Below the pieces are notes generated by a model. That model saw only the letters and a list, made by a program, of their open reading frames with translations. It was not told where the DNA came from and did not search any database. A stretch of 64,000 nt of DNA from a bacterium (GTDB lineage Bacteria; Acidobacteriota; Blastocatellia; HR10), in NCBI GenBank assembly GCA_041640655.1, contig JBEPZV010000001.1, positions 96,001 to 160,000 on the forward strand. Direction: 5' to 3'. Position 1 is the first letter of the stretch, and every line of letters begins with the position of its first letter. Shown in pieces: positions 37,141 to 47,588 of the stretch. The translations under genes and the position numbers were made by a program.

Positions 37141-38037
37141 ATGGCTGCGAAGAAAGCGGACAAGGTGATGACGCTGACCGAAGCCGCGACACTCGTGCGC
37201 GATGGGGACACCGTGGCGCTGCAGGGCATGGGGACGCAGATGAGCCCACTCGCCCTCGTGCGCGAGCTGATTCGGGCGGGCAAGCGCGATCTCACGATCG
37301 TGATGATCGTCGGTGGCATCGGACTCGATTGGCTCATCGCCGCCGGATGCGTGCGCCGCGTCATCGCCATCATCGTCAATCTCGATGAGTTCGGCATGGC
37401 TCACGCCTTCCGCCGAGCCGTGGAGGCCGGGGAGGTCGTCATGGAGGAATACAGCGAGCATCAGCTCCTATCGCGCCTTTTGGCCGGAGCCTATGGGCTG
37501 CCATTCCTCGTCACGCGCGCTGGCCTCGGCACGGACCTGCTCGCCCTGCACCCGGAGACCACGCGAATCATCGCCTGTCCGTTCACCGGACAAGAGGTCG
37601 TCGCCTGCCGAGCGCTCGTGCCGGACGTCGCCATCCTCCACGCGCATCGCGCCGATCGCTACGGCAATGTCCAGTTCTTCCCGAAACCCATCTGGCTCGA
37701 CGCGGACGTCTTCCCCCGCGCCGCGAAGAAGGTCATCGTCACCGTCGAGGAGATCGTCGAGAACGAGGAGATCCGACGCACGCCCATTCATACGGGCATC
37801 CCCTATTTCAAGGTGGACGCCGTCGTCGAGGTCCCCTACGGGGCTCATCCCTGCTCCCTCTACCCCTTCTATGCGTTCGATCGCGCGCTCTTTCAGGAAT
37901 ACGCGACCGCCTCGCGAACGGCGGAGGGCACGCGCGCCTTCTTAGACCGATACGTCTATGGTCCGACGACCCACGCGGAGTACCTGCAGCGAGTGGGAGG
38001 AGCCGAGATGCTCCTCCGCATTCGAAAATGGGAGTGA
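37141..38037 (+). CDS. CoA-transferase family I alpha subunit (GctA/IpdA-like)
   Basis: VRDGDTVAL, GLPFL, CPFTG, PDVAILHAHRADRYGN, VPYGAHP. Confidence 0.9.
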   Translation: MAAKKADKVMTLTEAATLVRDGDTVALQGMGTQMSPLALVRELIRAGKRDLTIVMIVGGIGLDWLIAAGCVRRVIAIIVNLDEFGMAHAFRRAVEAGEVVMEEYSEHQLLSRLLAGAYGLPFLVTRAGLGTDLLALHPETTRIIACPFTGQEVVACRALVPDVAILHAHRADRYGNVQFFPKPIWLDADVFPRAAKKVIVTVEEIVENEEIRRTPIHTGIPYFKVDAVVEVPYGAHPCSLYPFYAFDRALFQEYATASRTAEGTRAFLDRYVYGPTTHAEYLQRVGGAEMLLRIRKWE

Positions 38038-38041
38038 GCGT

Positions 38042-38848
38042 ATGGCCGAGATCGCCCGCGACTACACGGTGGACGAGCTGATGGTCGTCACACTCGCGCG
38101 ACAGTTCCGGAGCGAGGACATCGTCCTGAACGGCACCGTCTCCTTCATCCCCGTCGCCGCGATCATGCTGGCGCGCGCCACGCACGCGCCGGGACTCACC
38201 TGGGTCGCCGGAGCCGTCGGCGTGGATGCGGACCCCGAACCCCTCTCGGGCAATACGCTCGATCCGACGATGTGGCGCCGATGCGTCATGTATCTGCCAC
38301 AGGAGCACATGTGGTCCTACGTGCATCGCGGCGTCCTGGAGACCTTCTGCATCCGCGGCGCGCAGATCGACAAGTACGGCAACGTCAATAACACGGTCAT
38401 CGGCGAGTACACCCACCCCAGAGTGCGCTTGCCCGGGTCGGCCGGAATGGGCGATATGGGGTCGCTCGATAAACGCATCTTCATCTGGACGACGACGCAT
38501 ACCCCGAGGACGTTCGTGGAGCGCGTGGATTTTCGATCCTGTGCCGGATATCTCGACGGCGGCGATGCGCGCGAGCGGCTCGGATTGAAGAACGGCCCCC
38601 AGTTGGTCATCACCAACCTCTGCGTGATGGACTTCGAACCCGAGAGCAAGCACATGCGGCTCAAGTCGCTGCATCCGGGCGTCACTCTCGACGAGGTTCA
38701 GGCGCAAACAGGATTCCGATTGCTGATCCCCGAGGAGATCCCGCCGACGGAGCCACCGACGGTCGAGGAGATCCGATGGCTGCGCGAGGTCATTGATCCG
38801 CGCGGGATGCGAAAGCTGGAATTCCGCCGCGCTCCCGCGCGCGCCTAG
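38042..38848 (+). CDS. CoA-transferase family I beta subunit (GctB/IpdB-like)
   Basis: GAQIDKYGNVN, RLPGSAG, FVERVDF, SLHPGV, TEPPT. Confidence 0.9.
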   Translation: MAEIARDYTVDELMVVTLARQFRSEDIVLNGTVSFIPVAAIMLARATHAPGLTWVAGAVGVDADPEPLSGNTLDPTMWRRCVMYLPQEHMWSYVHRGVLETFCIRGAQIDKYGNVNNTVIGEYTHPRVRLPGSAGMGDMGSLDKRIFIWTTTHTPRTFVERVDFRSCAGYLDGGDARERLGLKNGPQLVITNLCVMDFEPESKHMRLKSLHPGVTLDEVQAQTGFRLLIPEEIPPTEPPTVEEIRWLREVIDPRGMRKLEFRRAPARA

Positions 38849-38860
38849 AGGCGAACCCTC

Positions 38861-40024
38861 ATGTCAGGCAGAACCATCGCCGGACACGAGAACACCGAGC
38901 GGCCACGCATCGAGGTCGGCGCGCCGGGAGGGATCATGCCTCCCTTTGAGAAAGTCGTCCAACAAGCGCAGCGGGCCGAGGCCCAAGGATACGACGCCGT
39001 CTGGTGGCCCTGCCACCTGATGGGATGGCACCCGCAGGCGATCTGGAAGCCGGAGATCACGCCCTTGGCCGCGACCCAGCCGAACGCCGACACGTACTTC
39101 GACCCCGTGGCGACGATCGCCGCCGTGGGCGTGCACACAACGCGCATCCGACTGGGGATCGGCGTCACCGATGTCATTCGCCGCCATCCGGCCATGCTCG
39201 CGCAGGCCGCCCTCACGCTCGATCACATCACGCGCGGACGCATGATCCTCGGCCTCGGTTCGGGCGAGCGGTTGAACATTACCCCCTACGGCCTCGACTT
39301 CGATCAGCCCGTCTCTCGGCTCGAGGAGGGCCTGGTGATCATCCGCCGCTTATGGGAGTCCGGAGGCCGGCCTGTGGAGTTCACGGGGCGCTTCTGGCGG
39401 CTCGAGAGCGCCGTGCTCGGCCTCCCACCATATGAGGGCCGATTCCCGCCCATCTGGATCGCCGCTCACGGACCGCGCATGCTCCGGCTCACCGGACGCT
39501 ACGCCGACGGATGGCTGCCGACGAAGATGACGCCCTCCGAATATCGGGAGAAGCTCGCGCACATCCGCCAAGCTGCCCGCGAGGCCGGACGCGACCCCGA
39601 AGCGATCACCCCGGGCATGCTCGCCTACGTGCTCGTGGACGAAGATCGCGCGGCCGTCTCCCGAATGATGGACGCGATCCTGGTGAGAGCGCTCTGCTTG
39701 CTCCTCCCCGCAGAGGTGTTCACCCGATTCGGATACGACCCCCCGTTCGGCCCGAAGGCGAGCGGCTTTCACGACTACATCCCCGCGCGCTTCGGATACG
39801 AGGACGCCCTGTCGGCGATTCGCAAAGTGCCGCGCGAGATCGTCGCGTACTTCACGCTCCATGGGACGCCGGAGGAGATCGCCGGACAGATCCACGATCT
39901 CGCGGAGGCCGGTCTCCGACATATCGTGCTCTGGAACATCACCCCCTTCGCCGATCCCGCGCGCACGCGCGCCTCATTTCGGGCGTTGGATCGCGTGAGG
40001 GATCTCGTGTCGGGGAGCCCATGA
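38861..40024 (+). CDS. LLM-class flavin/F420-dependent oxidoreductase
   Basis: GYDAVWWPCH, RRHPAMLAQAALTLDH, GLGSGE, AAHGPRMLRLTGRYADGW. Confidence 0.9.
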   Translation: MSGRTIAGHENTERPRIEVGAPGGIMPPFEKVVQQAQRAEAQGYDAVWWPCHLMGWHPQAIWKPEITPLAATQPNADTYFDPVATIAAVGVHTTRIRLGIGVTDVIRRHPAMLAQAALTLDHITRGRMILGLGSGERLNITPYGLDFDQPVSRLEEGLVIIRRLWESGGRPVEFTGRFWRLESAVLGLPPYEGRFPPIWIAAHGPRMLRLTGRYADGWLPTKMTPSEYREKLAHIRQAAREAGRDPEAITPGMLAYVLVDEDRAAVSRMMDAILVRALCLLLPAEVFTRFGYDPPFGPKASGFHDYIPARFGYEDALSAIRKVPREIVAYFTLHGTPEEIAGQIHDLAEAGLRHIVLWNITPFADPARTRASFRALDRVRDLVSGSP

Positions 40025-40040
40025 ACCGGAGGAGAAGGGA

Positions 40041-40811
40041 ATGCGCTTCCTCAACAAGCGAGCCTTGGTGACCGGCGGCGCATCGGGCATCGGACGAGCG
40101 GTCGTCGAGCGGTTCGTCGCCGAGGGAGCGGCCGTCGCCATCAGCGACCTCAATGGCGAAGCCGCGCGCGCCCTGGTCGAGGAGCTGCGCGCCCGCGGCG
40201 CGCGCGTCACCGCTGTCATCGGCGATGTCTCTGAGCTCCGCGACGCCGAGCGCATGGTGGCGGAGGCCGTCGCCTTCCTGGGCGGCCTCGATATCTTGAT
40301 CAATAACGCGGGGATCGAGACGATCGGCTCGGTCACGACCGCCCGGGATGAGGAGTGGGAGCGCCAGATCGCCGTCAATCTCAATGGCGTCTATCGCATG
40401 AGTCGCTTCGCCATCCCCGAGATCATCCGGGCCGGCGGTGGCGCCATCGTCAACATCGCCTCGGTCGGCGGTCTGGTGGCCGTGCGCGAGTTCTCCGCCT
40501 ACGGCGCCTCAAAGGCCGCCGTCATTCAGCTCACGCGCAGCATGGCCGCCGATTACGCCGAGCATGGCATTCGCGTCAATTGCATCTGCCCAGGACCGGT
40601 GGATACCCCGCTGCTTGAGCGCGCCTGTCGGCGCGTCTCGGGCGAGAAAAGCCCGGAGCAGATCCGACAGATGTACGCCGACTTCACGCTCCTCAAACGC
40701 ATCGCGCGACCCGCGGAGATCGCCAGCTGCGTCGCCTTCCTCGCCAGCGAGGAGGCCAGCTATGTGACCGGCGCCGTCTTAGTCGTTGATGGAGGATTCA
40801 CGGCTCAGTGA
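40041..40811 (+). CDS. Short-chain dehydrogenase/reductase
   Basis: TGGASGIG, NNAG, YGASK, IRVNCICPG. Confidence 0.93.
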   Translation: MRFLNKRALVTGGASGIGRAVVERFVAEGAAVAISDLNGEAARALVEELRARGARVTAVIGDVSELRDAERMVAEAVAFLGGLDILINNAGIETIGSVTTARDEEWERQIAVNLNGVYRMSRFAIPEIIRAGGGAIVNIASVGGLVAVREFSAYGASKAAVIQLTRSMAADYAEHGIRVNCICPGPVDTPLLERACRRVSGEKSPEQIRQMYADFTLLKRIARPAEIASCVAFLASEEASYVTGAVLVVDGGFTAQ

Positions 40812-40839
40812 ACAACGTGAAGAAGGAGGACGACGACCG

Positions 40840-41235
40840 ATGACCCCATCTGAGCAGCTCGTTCGCGCCTATTTCGCCGCCGTGAACCAGACGCACCTTG
40901 AGGCCGTGATCGCGCTCTTCGCGCCCGAGGCCTCGCTGCATTTTCCCATGTCCGAGCCCATCATCGGACGCGAGGCGATCGGTCGGTTCTATGCGACCAT
41001 CCTGCAGTTTTACCCCGAACGGTTCGACGATGTGCGACGGCTCTTCTTCAGCCCCGAGGGCGACGTCGCCGCGGAGATCCACTTCGAAGGCGTGACGCAA
41101 ACCGGACGACGGGTCGTCTTCGACGCCGTGGATCTGTTCACCATCCGGGACGGGCGGATCCAGAAGCTGCAGATCTTCTACGACAGCGCGCGCGTCCTGG
41201 AGATGATCGGAACACTCCCGAACACGTCGAGCTGA
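40840..41235 (+). CDS. SnoaL/NTF2-like (ketosteroid isomerase fold) protein
   Basis: VRAYFAAVN, LFAPEA, GREAIGRFY, DLFTIRDGRIQKLQIFYD. Confidence 0.85.
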   Translation: MTPSEQLVRAYFAAVNQTHLEAVIALFAPEASLHFPMSEPIIGREAIGRFYATILQFYPERFDDVRRLFFSPEGDVAAEIHFEGVTQTGRRVVFDAVDLFTIRDGRIQKLQIFYDSARVLEMIGTLPNTSS

Positions 41236-41241
41236 CCTCAC

Positions 41242-41262
41242 GGGCACCCCACGTGGGGACCC
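41242..41262. repeat. 21-bp palindromic element, copy 2 (intergenic)
   Basis: Identical to 36612-36632. Confidence 0.85.
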
Positions 41263-41282
41263 CGAATGGCGGGGAAGAGCAG

Positions 41283-42989
41283 ATGAGCGCCCTCTACGAA
41301 GACGTCTTCGAATGGCCGCGCCTGACATACGGGGAGGCCCTGGAGCGCCTCGCCGCACGGTTCCCCGACCGAGAGACCTTCGTCTTCCATCACATCGGCG
41401 CCGAGCGCGAGACGGCGGCGCCGCAGAGGGCGCGGCGACAGGCGTATACGGCGGCCGAGCTCTTGGCCGAGGCGAACCGATTGGCGCAAGGCCTGCTCGC
41501 TCTGGGCATCGCTCCGGGTGAGCGCATCGCGCTCTGGATGACCAATCTGCCGGAGGCCGCCATCGCGGAATTCGCCATCACGAAGATCGGCGCCGTGATG
41601 GTCCCCATCAATATTCGCTTCAAGACGAGCGAGCTCGAGTACGTGCTCCGACAGTCCGAAGCGAAGATGCTCATCATGATGGATCGCTTCGGGGAGACCG
41701 ATCTGGAGGCGATGGTGCGCCAGGTGTGCCCGGAGCTGACCCGATGCGCTCCAGGACAGCTTCGCTCCTCACGCTGCCCTCATCTTCAGGGCGTCATCAC
41801 GCTCGGGCCTCGGTCCCCCGGCCTGCTCGCTTATCAGGACGTGCTCGCCTTGGGGCACGCGGGCCTCGATCGCGCCCGGCGTGAGCGAGAGGCGAGCGTC
41901 ACCCCAGATGGCATCGCGCTCATTCAATACACGTCCGGCAGCACGGCCTTCCCCAAAGGGGTCATGCTCTCGCACGATCAGACCTTGCGCAACGCCTTCA
42001 TCATGTCCGGACGCGCGGGCTTGGACGCCGACGATCGCGTGCTCTCGGCCATGCCCATGTTCCACATCGGAGGCTCCGTTTGCGCCCTCCTGGGCGCCGT
42101 CACGCGCGGCTACGTCCTGCACATGATGACCAAGTTCGATGCCGGAGAGACCCTGCGCCTCATCGAGGAGGAGCGAATCACCGCCTATATCGGCATCGAG
42201 ACGATGTTCCTCATGCTCCGCGATCACCCCGACTGCTCACGACGCGATCGGTCGAGCCTGAGGAAAGGATGGGCGGCCGGCTCGCCCACCCTTCTGCGTC
42301 TGATCGCGGAGGAGATCGGCATCCCCTTCATCTGCTCCGTCTACGGTCTCTCCGAGTGCAGCCCCAACGTCTGCATCACCGATTGGCGGGACTCACTCGA
42401 GAAGCGCGTGGGGACGAACGGTCGCCCGCATCCGGGCGTCGAGGTGGAGATCCGAGATCCGATGACGGGCGAGCCATGTCCGCCGGGACAGCCCGGCGAG
42501 ATCTGCGTGCGCGGCTACGTCGTGATGAAGGGATACTATAACATGCCCGAGGAGACGGCGCGCACCATTGACCCCGACGGATGGCTGCATACGGGCGATC
42601 GCGGCCTCCTGACCGAGGACGGATACCTGGTGTTCCTGGGACGATGCAAGGACGTGCTCCGGGTCGGGGGAGAGAATGTCTCCGCCCTCGAAGTCGAGAA
42701 TTTCTTGCTCACTCACCCTCTGGTGGTGGCCGCGGCCGTCGTCAGCGTGCCCGACCCCCGGTGGGGAGAGGTCCCGGCCGCCTTCCTGAAGCTCAAGGAG
42801 GGAGAGTCGGTGACAGAAGATGAGGTCATCGCCTACTGTCGGGAGCATCTGGCCCCGTTCAAGGTCCCGCGATACGTCCGCTTCGTTCGGGAGTTCCCCA
42901 TGACCGGGAGCGGAAAGATCCAAAAATTCCTGCTGCAGGAGCACCTCCTCGCCGAGTTGGAGCCGAAGGCCTGCTCCCGTGATCCCTGA
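41283..42989 (+). CDS. Acyl-CoA synthetase (AMP-forming, FadD-like)
   Basis: YTSGSTAFPKG, YGLSE, WLHTGD, GGENV, TGSGKIQK. Confidence 0.93.
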   Translation: MSALYEDVFEWPRLTYGEALERLAARFPDRETFVFHHIGAERETAAPQRARRQAYTAAELLAEANRLAQGLLALGIAPGERIALWMTNLPEAAIAEFAITKIGAVMVPINIRFKTSELEYVLRQSEAKMLIMMDRFGETDLEAMVRQVCPELTRCAPGQLRSSRCPHLQGVITLGPRSPGLLAYQDVLALGHAGLDRARREREASVTPDGIALIQYTSGSTAFPKGVMLSHDQTLRNAFIMSGRAGLDADDRVLSAMPMFHIGGSVCALLGAVTRGYVLHMMTKFDAGETLRLIEEERITAYIGIETMFLMLRDHPDCSRRDRSSLRKGWAAGSPTLLRLIAEEIGIPFICSVYGLSECSPNVCITDWRDSLEKRVGTNGRPHPGVEVEIRDPMTGEPCPPGQPGEICVRGYVVMKGYYNMPEETARTIDPDGWLHTGDRGLLTEDGYLVFLGRCKDVLRVGGENVSALEVENFLLTHPLVVAAAVVSVPDPRWGEVPAAFLKLKEGESVTEDEVIAYCREHLAPFKVPRYVRFVREFPMTGSGKIQKFLLQEHLLAELEPKACSRDP

Positions 42990-43116
42990 GGTGGTGTCCG
43001 CCGAAGAATCGCCGCATCGCATCGGAGATCGCGAAGCGCGAGGGAGATGCCCTTGAACTTTGATGAGCGGCGCCCTCGCTGAGGACGCCCCAATCCTTCC
43101 CTGGGAGGTGAGCCTT

Positions 43117-46100
43117 ATGGATCGAGAGCGAAGAAACGGAGCTGCGCTTTGGGTCATCGTGCTCTCTCTCTGTCTCAGCTCCTGGAGCGCACGGCCTCTC
43201 TTCGCTCAAGGGGCCGTGACGACGGCGACCATCGCCGGAGATGTCACCGATAAGACAGGTGCGGTGATCCCCGGCGCCCGCGTCGCCATCAGGAACCAGG
43301 AGACGGGTTTGACCCGCGAGACCACGACGGGAGAGCAAGGGCAGTTCGTCCTCTCCCAGCTTCCGGCCGGACGGTACGATCTGAACGTCGAAGCTCCCGG
43401 GTTCAAGAAGGCGATCCTGCGCGATGTGGTGCTCACAGTCGGCGCGACCGAAACGGTGCGCATCACACTCGAAGTCGGTGAGCTCACCGAGAGCATTGAC
43501 GTGAGTACAGAAGTCGTCCCCGTCGTGGAGACGACCAAGGTCGAGGTCAGCACGGTCATCCTCCCCGTGCAAGTGCGCGAGCTGCCCTTGAATCAGCGGA
43601 GCTTCACCGCCTTGGTCACGCAGCAACCGGGGCTGGTGCGGATGACGAATGCGACGCCGCCAACTGTGCTGGGAGCGGCGACCAACACCGGTTCCTATAT
43701 CAGCGCCGGGGGGTTGATGGGGTCTTCCGTGGCCTACCTCATTGACGGCGTGAATTTCAGCAACGGGAATTTCACCGCTCCGGGAACGGCGGCCGCGGGC
43801 GATATGCCTGGCGTCGAGGCCATTCAGGAGTTCAAGGTGATCACCCATTCGTTCAGTGCCGCTTACGGCGGCGCCTCCGGAGCTGTCGTCAGCTTCGCCA
43901 CGCGCAGCGGGACCAACGAGCTGCACGGGAGCGCCTACGAGTTCGTGCGCAACGATGTCTTCGATACCCGCTCCTTCTTCGACCGCGAGAAGCCGCCCTT
44001 CCGCCGCAATCAGTTCGGCGCGGCCCTGGGCGGCCCCATCCGTCGAGATCGCGCGTTCTTCTTCACGAATTACGAGGGCTTGCGGCAGCGGCTCACGACC
44101 ACGGAGATCTCCTTCGTCCCGAGCGAGTGCGCGCGCAACGGCGGGCTCGGGGGGACATGCGACTTCCCCGTGATCGGTCCCGGAGGGCGACCGGTCGCCA
44201 TCTCCCCCGCCGTGAAGGCGATCCTCCAGTTGTATCCGAAACCGAACGGCGCCGATCTCGGCGGGGGGATCGCCGAATATATCTTCCAGAACCGCCAGCC
44301 GACGCGCCAGGATTTCGGGCTCGTTCACCTCACGTCCACGCTCTCGCCGAAGGATCAATTCGCCGGCCGCTGGTCGCTCACGGATGCCGATGCCCTCGCC
44401 GCCTTCCACTTCCCGACCTTCGAATTCGTGCGTACCGATCGCGTGCAAAACTATCTGCTCCGCTGGTCGCGCGTCTTCACGCCCAATCTCGTGAACACGG
44501 CGAGCTTCAGCTATCTGCGCTCCCGCGTCTTCGCGGCCACCGAGCCCACCGTCCCTCTGCGCCCGGAGCAGTTCACGGGGAATCCGGCGCGCCAGACGAT
44601 CGGTGTGATCTCCGTCGGCGGCGGCACGGCGGGTACTGTCAGCGGCACCCTGACGCTCTTGGGGAATGATGATGCCAGCCCCTTCCGCCTCGCGCGCAAT
44701 AGTTTCATCTTCAACGACGATCTCGTCTACACGCGCGGCCCCCACACGCTCAAGCTCGGAGGCATGGTGAACCGGTTCCAGTGGAATTGGAATTCGGCCG
44801 TCATCCCGGGCGGCAGCTATACCTTCCTCACTCTGAACGACCTGCTCGCCGCCAATCCCGCCGTCCTGATCATTCGCCGGGATGGGGCGGATGCGAGCTT
44901 CGGCGTTCGCACCACGCTCTTCGCCTGGTACGTAGAGGACGCCTGGCGGCTCTCACCTCGGGTGACGCTCACACTCGGGTTGCGACACGAATTCCAGGTC
45001 CCGATCCTCAAAGATATCCACAACAAGTTGGGGAATTGGCGACGACCGGAGGATACGCGGGTCACCATTGGACAGCCCTACGACAACTACTCCCTCACGC
45101 AATTCCAGCCGCGCGTGGGCATCGCCTACGACCCCTTCGGCAACGGGAAGACGGTCATCCGCGCGGGGTTCGGCCTCTTCAACGAATTCCTCGGATTCGA
45201 GGGCACAGCTCAAGGGATTCTGCAATGGAATGCACCTGAGCCCGTGCTCAATACGTTCTTCGGAGAGCCACTGGCCCCCGGGTTCTTACCGCGGATCCCG
45301 TTCCCACAGTGCGCGACCTGCACGCAGCCGACGCCCTACGTGGGGCTGGTCACCGGGCTGCTGGATCCGGTGAACTCGCCGACTTCCGTACAGTGGCATC
45401 TGGAGGTGGCCCGGGAGCTTCCGGCGAAGCTGAGCCTGACGCTCACCTACGCCGGGTCTCAATCCTATCACATTCCGCGCAAGATCGAGGCCAACCACAA
45501 TCTCCCCTGCCGCTTCGAGAACGGGCGGCCGATCTTCACCGGAGGATGCGGGACGGCGGCGCCAGCCGTGAGTCAGATCGCCTTCTCCCTCTACGCTCGC
45601 CGCTTCGACGCCACGGCGAATTACCACTCGATGAGCCTTCAGGTGGCACGCCGCCTCGCCGCCGGACTCACCTTCCAAAGCTCGTACGCCTTCTCCAGAG
45701 CCCTCTCGGAATCCGATGCCTTCAATTCCAATAACATCATTCGCGGAGTCGCTCAGGCGAGCCAATATCCGCCGGATCGCCGTCTGGATCGTTCGGAGTC
45801 GCTCTTCAGCATTCGCCATCGCGCGACCGTGAACGCCGTGTATGAGCTCCCCGTGGGGCGTGGCCGACGATTCCTCGGCGATGCGCGCGGTCTCACGCAA
45901 GCGCTCTTCGGGGGATGGAAGATCACGGCTCTCGGCGAGTTCCGCAGCGGATACCCCTTCTCCGTCCTCGCCGGATTCGGCATCACGGGCGTGGGGGATA
46001 ACATAGACTTCCCCGACCGACCGAATCTCCTGCGGGCCAATCCCGTCATCGGACGCGTGGATCGCTACTTCGATCCCAAAGCGTTCGCCTTGCAAGAGCC

Positions 46101-46452
46101 CGGTCGCCTGGGGAACGCCCCGCGCACGTCCGTGCGAGGTCCCGGCTTCTCGAATCTCGACGTCGGCGTGTCGAAGGAGTTCCCCATTCGGGAGACCGCG
46201 CGGTTGCAATTTCGCGTCGAAGCCTTCAACATCCTGAACCATCCGAACTTCGCCCTTCCGTTCAACCAGCTCTACATCGGCTTCGTGCCCCAATTCCGGC
46301 GCGTCCCGACGCCGGCGGAGTTGGACGCGCTCCCCTGCCGATTGACGGCCGAGCAGGCGCAAATTCACTCCTGCAACCCACAGGCGGGTCGGATCACCAG
46401 CACCGTCGGCACGCCGCGTCAGATCCAGTTCGCCTTGAAGTTGACATGGTAG
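43117..46452 (+). CDS. TonB-dependent receptor, Oar-like
   Basis: Signal peptide, LPLNQRSF, TRSGTNELHGSAYEFVRN, FRVEAFNILNHPNF, RQIQFALKLTW. Confidence 0.93.
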   Translation: MDRERRNGAALWVIVLSLCLSSWSARPLFAQGAVTTATIAGDVTDKTGAVIPGARVAIRNQETGLTRETTTGEQGQFVLSQLPAGRYDLNVEAPGFKKAILRDVVLTVGATETVRITLEVGELTESIDVSTEVVPVVETTKVEVSTVILPVQVRELPLNQRSFTALVTQQPGLVRMTNATPPTVLGAATNTGSYISAGGLMGSSVAYLIDGVNFSNGNFTAPGTAAAGDMPGVEAIQEFKVITHSFSAAYGGASGAVVSFATRSGTNELHGSAYEFVRNDVFDTRSFFDREKPPFRRNQFGAALGGPIRRDRAFFFTNYEGLRQRLTTTEISFVPSECARNGGLGGTCDFPVIGPGGRPVAISPAVKAILQLYPKPNGADLGGGIAEYIFQNRQPTRQDFGLVHLTSTLSPKDQFAGRWSLTDADALAAFHFPTFEFVRTDRVQNYLLRWSRVFTPNLVNTASFSYLRSRVFAATEPTVPLRPEQFTGNPARQTIGVISVGGGTAGTVSGTLTLLGNDDASPFRLARNSFIFNDDLVYTRGPHTLKLGGMVNRFQWNWNSAVIPGGSYTFLTLNDLLAANPAVLIIRRDGADASFGVRTTLFAWYVEDAWRLSPRVTLTLGLRHEFQVPILKDIHNKLGNWRRPEDTRVTIGQPYDNYSLTQFQPRVGIAYDPFGNGKTVIRAGFGLFNEFLGFEGTAQGILQWNAPEPVLNTFFGEPLAPGFLPRIPFPQCATCTQPTPYVGLVTGLLDPVNSPTSVQWHLEVARELPAKLSLTLTYAGSQSYHIPRKIEANHNLPCRFENGRPIFTGGCGTAAPAVSQIAFSLYARRFDATANYHSMSLQVARRLAAGLTFQSSYAFSRALSESDAFNSNNIIRGVAQASQYPPDRRLDRSESLFSIRHRATVNAVYELPVGRGRRFLGDARGLTQALFGGWKITALGEFRSGYPFSVLAGFGITGVGDNIDFPDRPNLLRANPVIGRVDRYFDPKAFALQEPGRLGNAPRTSVRGPGFSNLDVGVSKEFPIRETARLQFRVEAFNILNHPNFALPFNQLYIGFVPQFRRVPTPAELDALPCRLTAEQAQIHSCNPQAGRITSTVGTPRQIQFALKLTW

Positions 46453-46513
46453 AGAAGGCGGTGCGGAGATCGCACCGATGATGGCCTGAGAGCTCGCGCT
46501 CGGAGAGCGAGAG

Positions 46514-47557
46514 ATGAAATTCGGCATGCTCGTCAACACGCAGGATCCGCCCGATGGGGCGCGCATCGCGACGCTCTATGAGGAGATCCTCGAGGAGGCC
46601 GAGCTGGCTGAGGCCGTCGGGTTCGATGCCGTCTTCGTGCCCGAGCATCACATGATGCCCGACGGATACTTGAGCGCTCCGCTGGTCCTTCTGGCCGCGA
46701 TCGCCGCGCACACGACGCGCGTGCGCGTGGGAACGTCCATCCTGCAGCTCCCCGAATGGCACCCCATCCACGTCGCGGAGGAGGTCGCCGTCCTCGACAA
46801 TATCTCAAAGGGACGCGTCATCCTGGGCGTCGGATTGAATCTCGTCGACGCGGAATTCCAGCTCTTCGGAGTCGCGCGACAGGGGGTCACGCGACGCTTC
46901 GTCGAGCAGATCGAGATCCTCCGGCGCGCCTGGAGCGGAGAGACCTTCTCCTTCGAGGGCGAATTCTTCACGCTGCGAGATGTTCGGGTCACGCCGCGCG
47001 TCGTGCAGCGACCGCATCCGCCGATCTGGATCGGCGCCATGAGCGAACCGGCCCTGCGTCGCGCCGGACGCCTCGGCACGGGATGGATCTCCGACCCTCT
47101 GCACGTCATCCACGTCATGAAGGCGTGGGCCGACATCTACCGTCAATCGGCGATCGAACATGGCCACGCGGATCGCATCGAGGTCGTCCTCATCCGCGAT
47201 GGATGGGTCTCAGACGACCCCCGGGAAGTCCGCGAGCTGTGGTGGCCTACCGTGCGCGACTACCACCTCTTCTACAAACGCCTGGGCTTCTTCGAGTCCG
47301 GTCGTTTCAACGCCCAGTGGGAACCCTGGGTGCGCACGGCCCGCGACGAGGACTGGACCTATGAGCGCGTGGCCCCGGACCGCGTGATCGCCGGGACGCC
47401 GGACGACGTCATCGCCGAGATCGAACGCTATCGCCGCGAGGTCGGATGCGAATACATCGTCTTCTACTTCCGCCATCCGACCGGCCCCGATCACCGGGCG
47501 ACGATGCGCTGTCTCGAGGTGTTCGGCAAGGAGGTCATCCCGCACTTCCGCCGCTGA
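46514..47557 (+). CDS. LLM-class flavin-dependent oxidoreductase
   Basis: GFDAVFVPEHH, HPIHVAEEVAVLD, QRPHPPIWIG. Confidence 0.9.
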   Translation: MKFGMLVNTQDPPDGARIATLYEEILEEAELAEAVGFDAVFVPEHHMMPDGYLSAPLVLLAAIAAHTTRVRVGTSILQLPEWHPIHVAEEVAVLDNISKGRVILGVGLNLVDAEFQLFGVARQGVTRRFVEQIEILRRAWSGETFSFEGEFFTLRDVRVTPRVVQRPHPPIWIGAMSEPALRRAGRLGTGWISDPLHVIHVMKAWADIYRQSAIEHGHADRIEVVLIRDGWVSDDPREVRELWWPTVRDYHLFYKRLGFFESGRFNAQWEPWVRTARDEDWTYERVAPDRVIAGTPDDVIAEIERYRREVGCEYIVFYFRHPTGPDHRATMRCLEVFGKEVIPHFRR

Positions 47558-47588
47558 AGCGCTCGCGGCTGGTCGAGGAGGGGGGATC

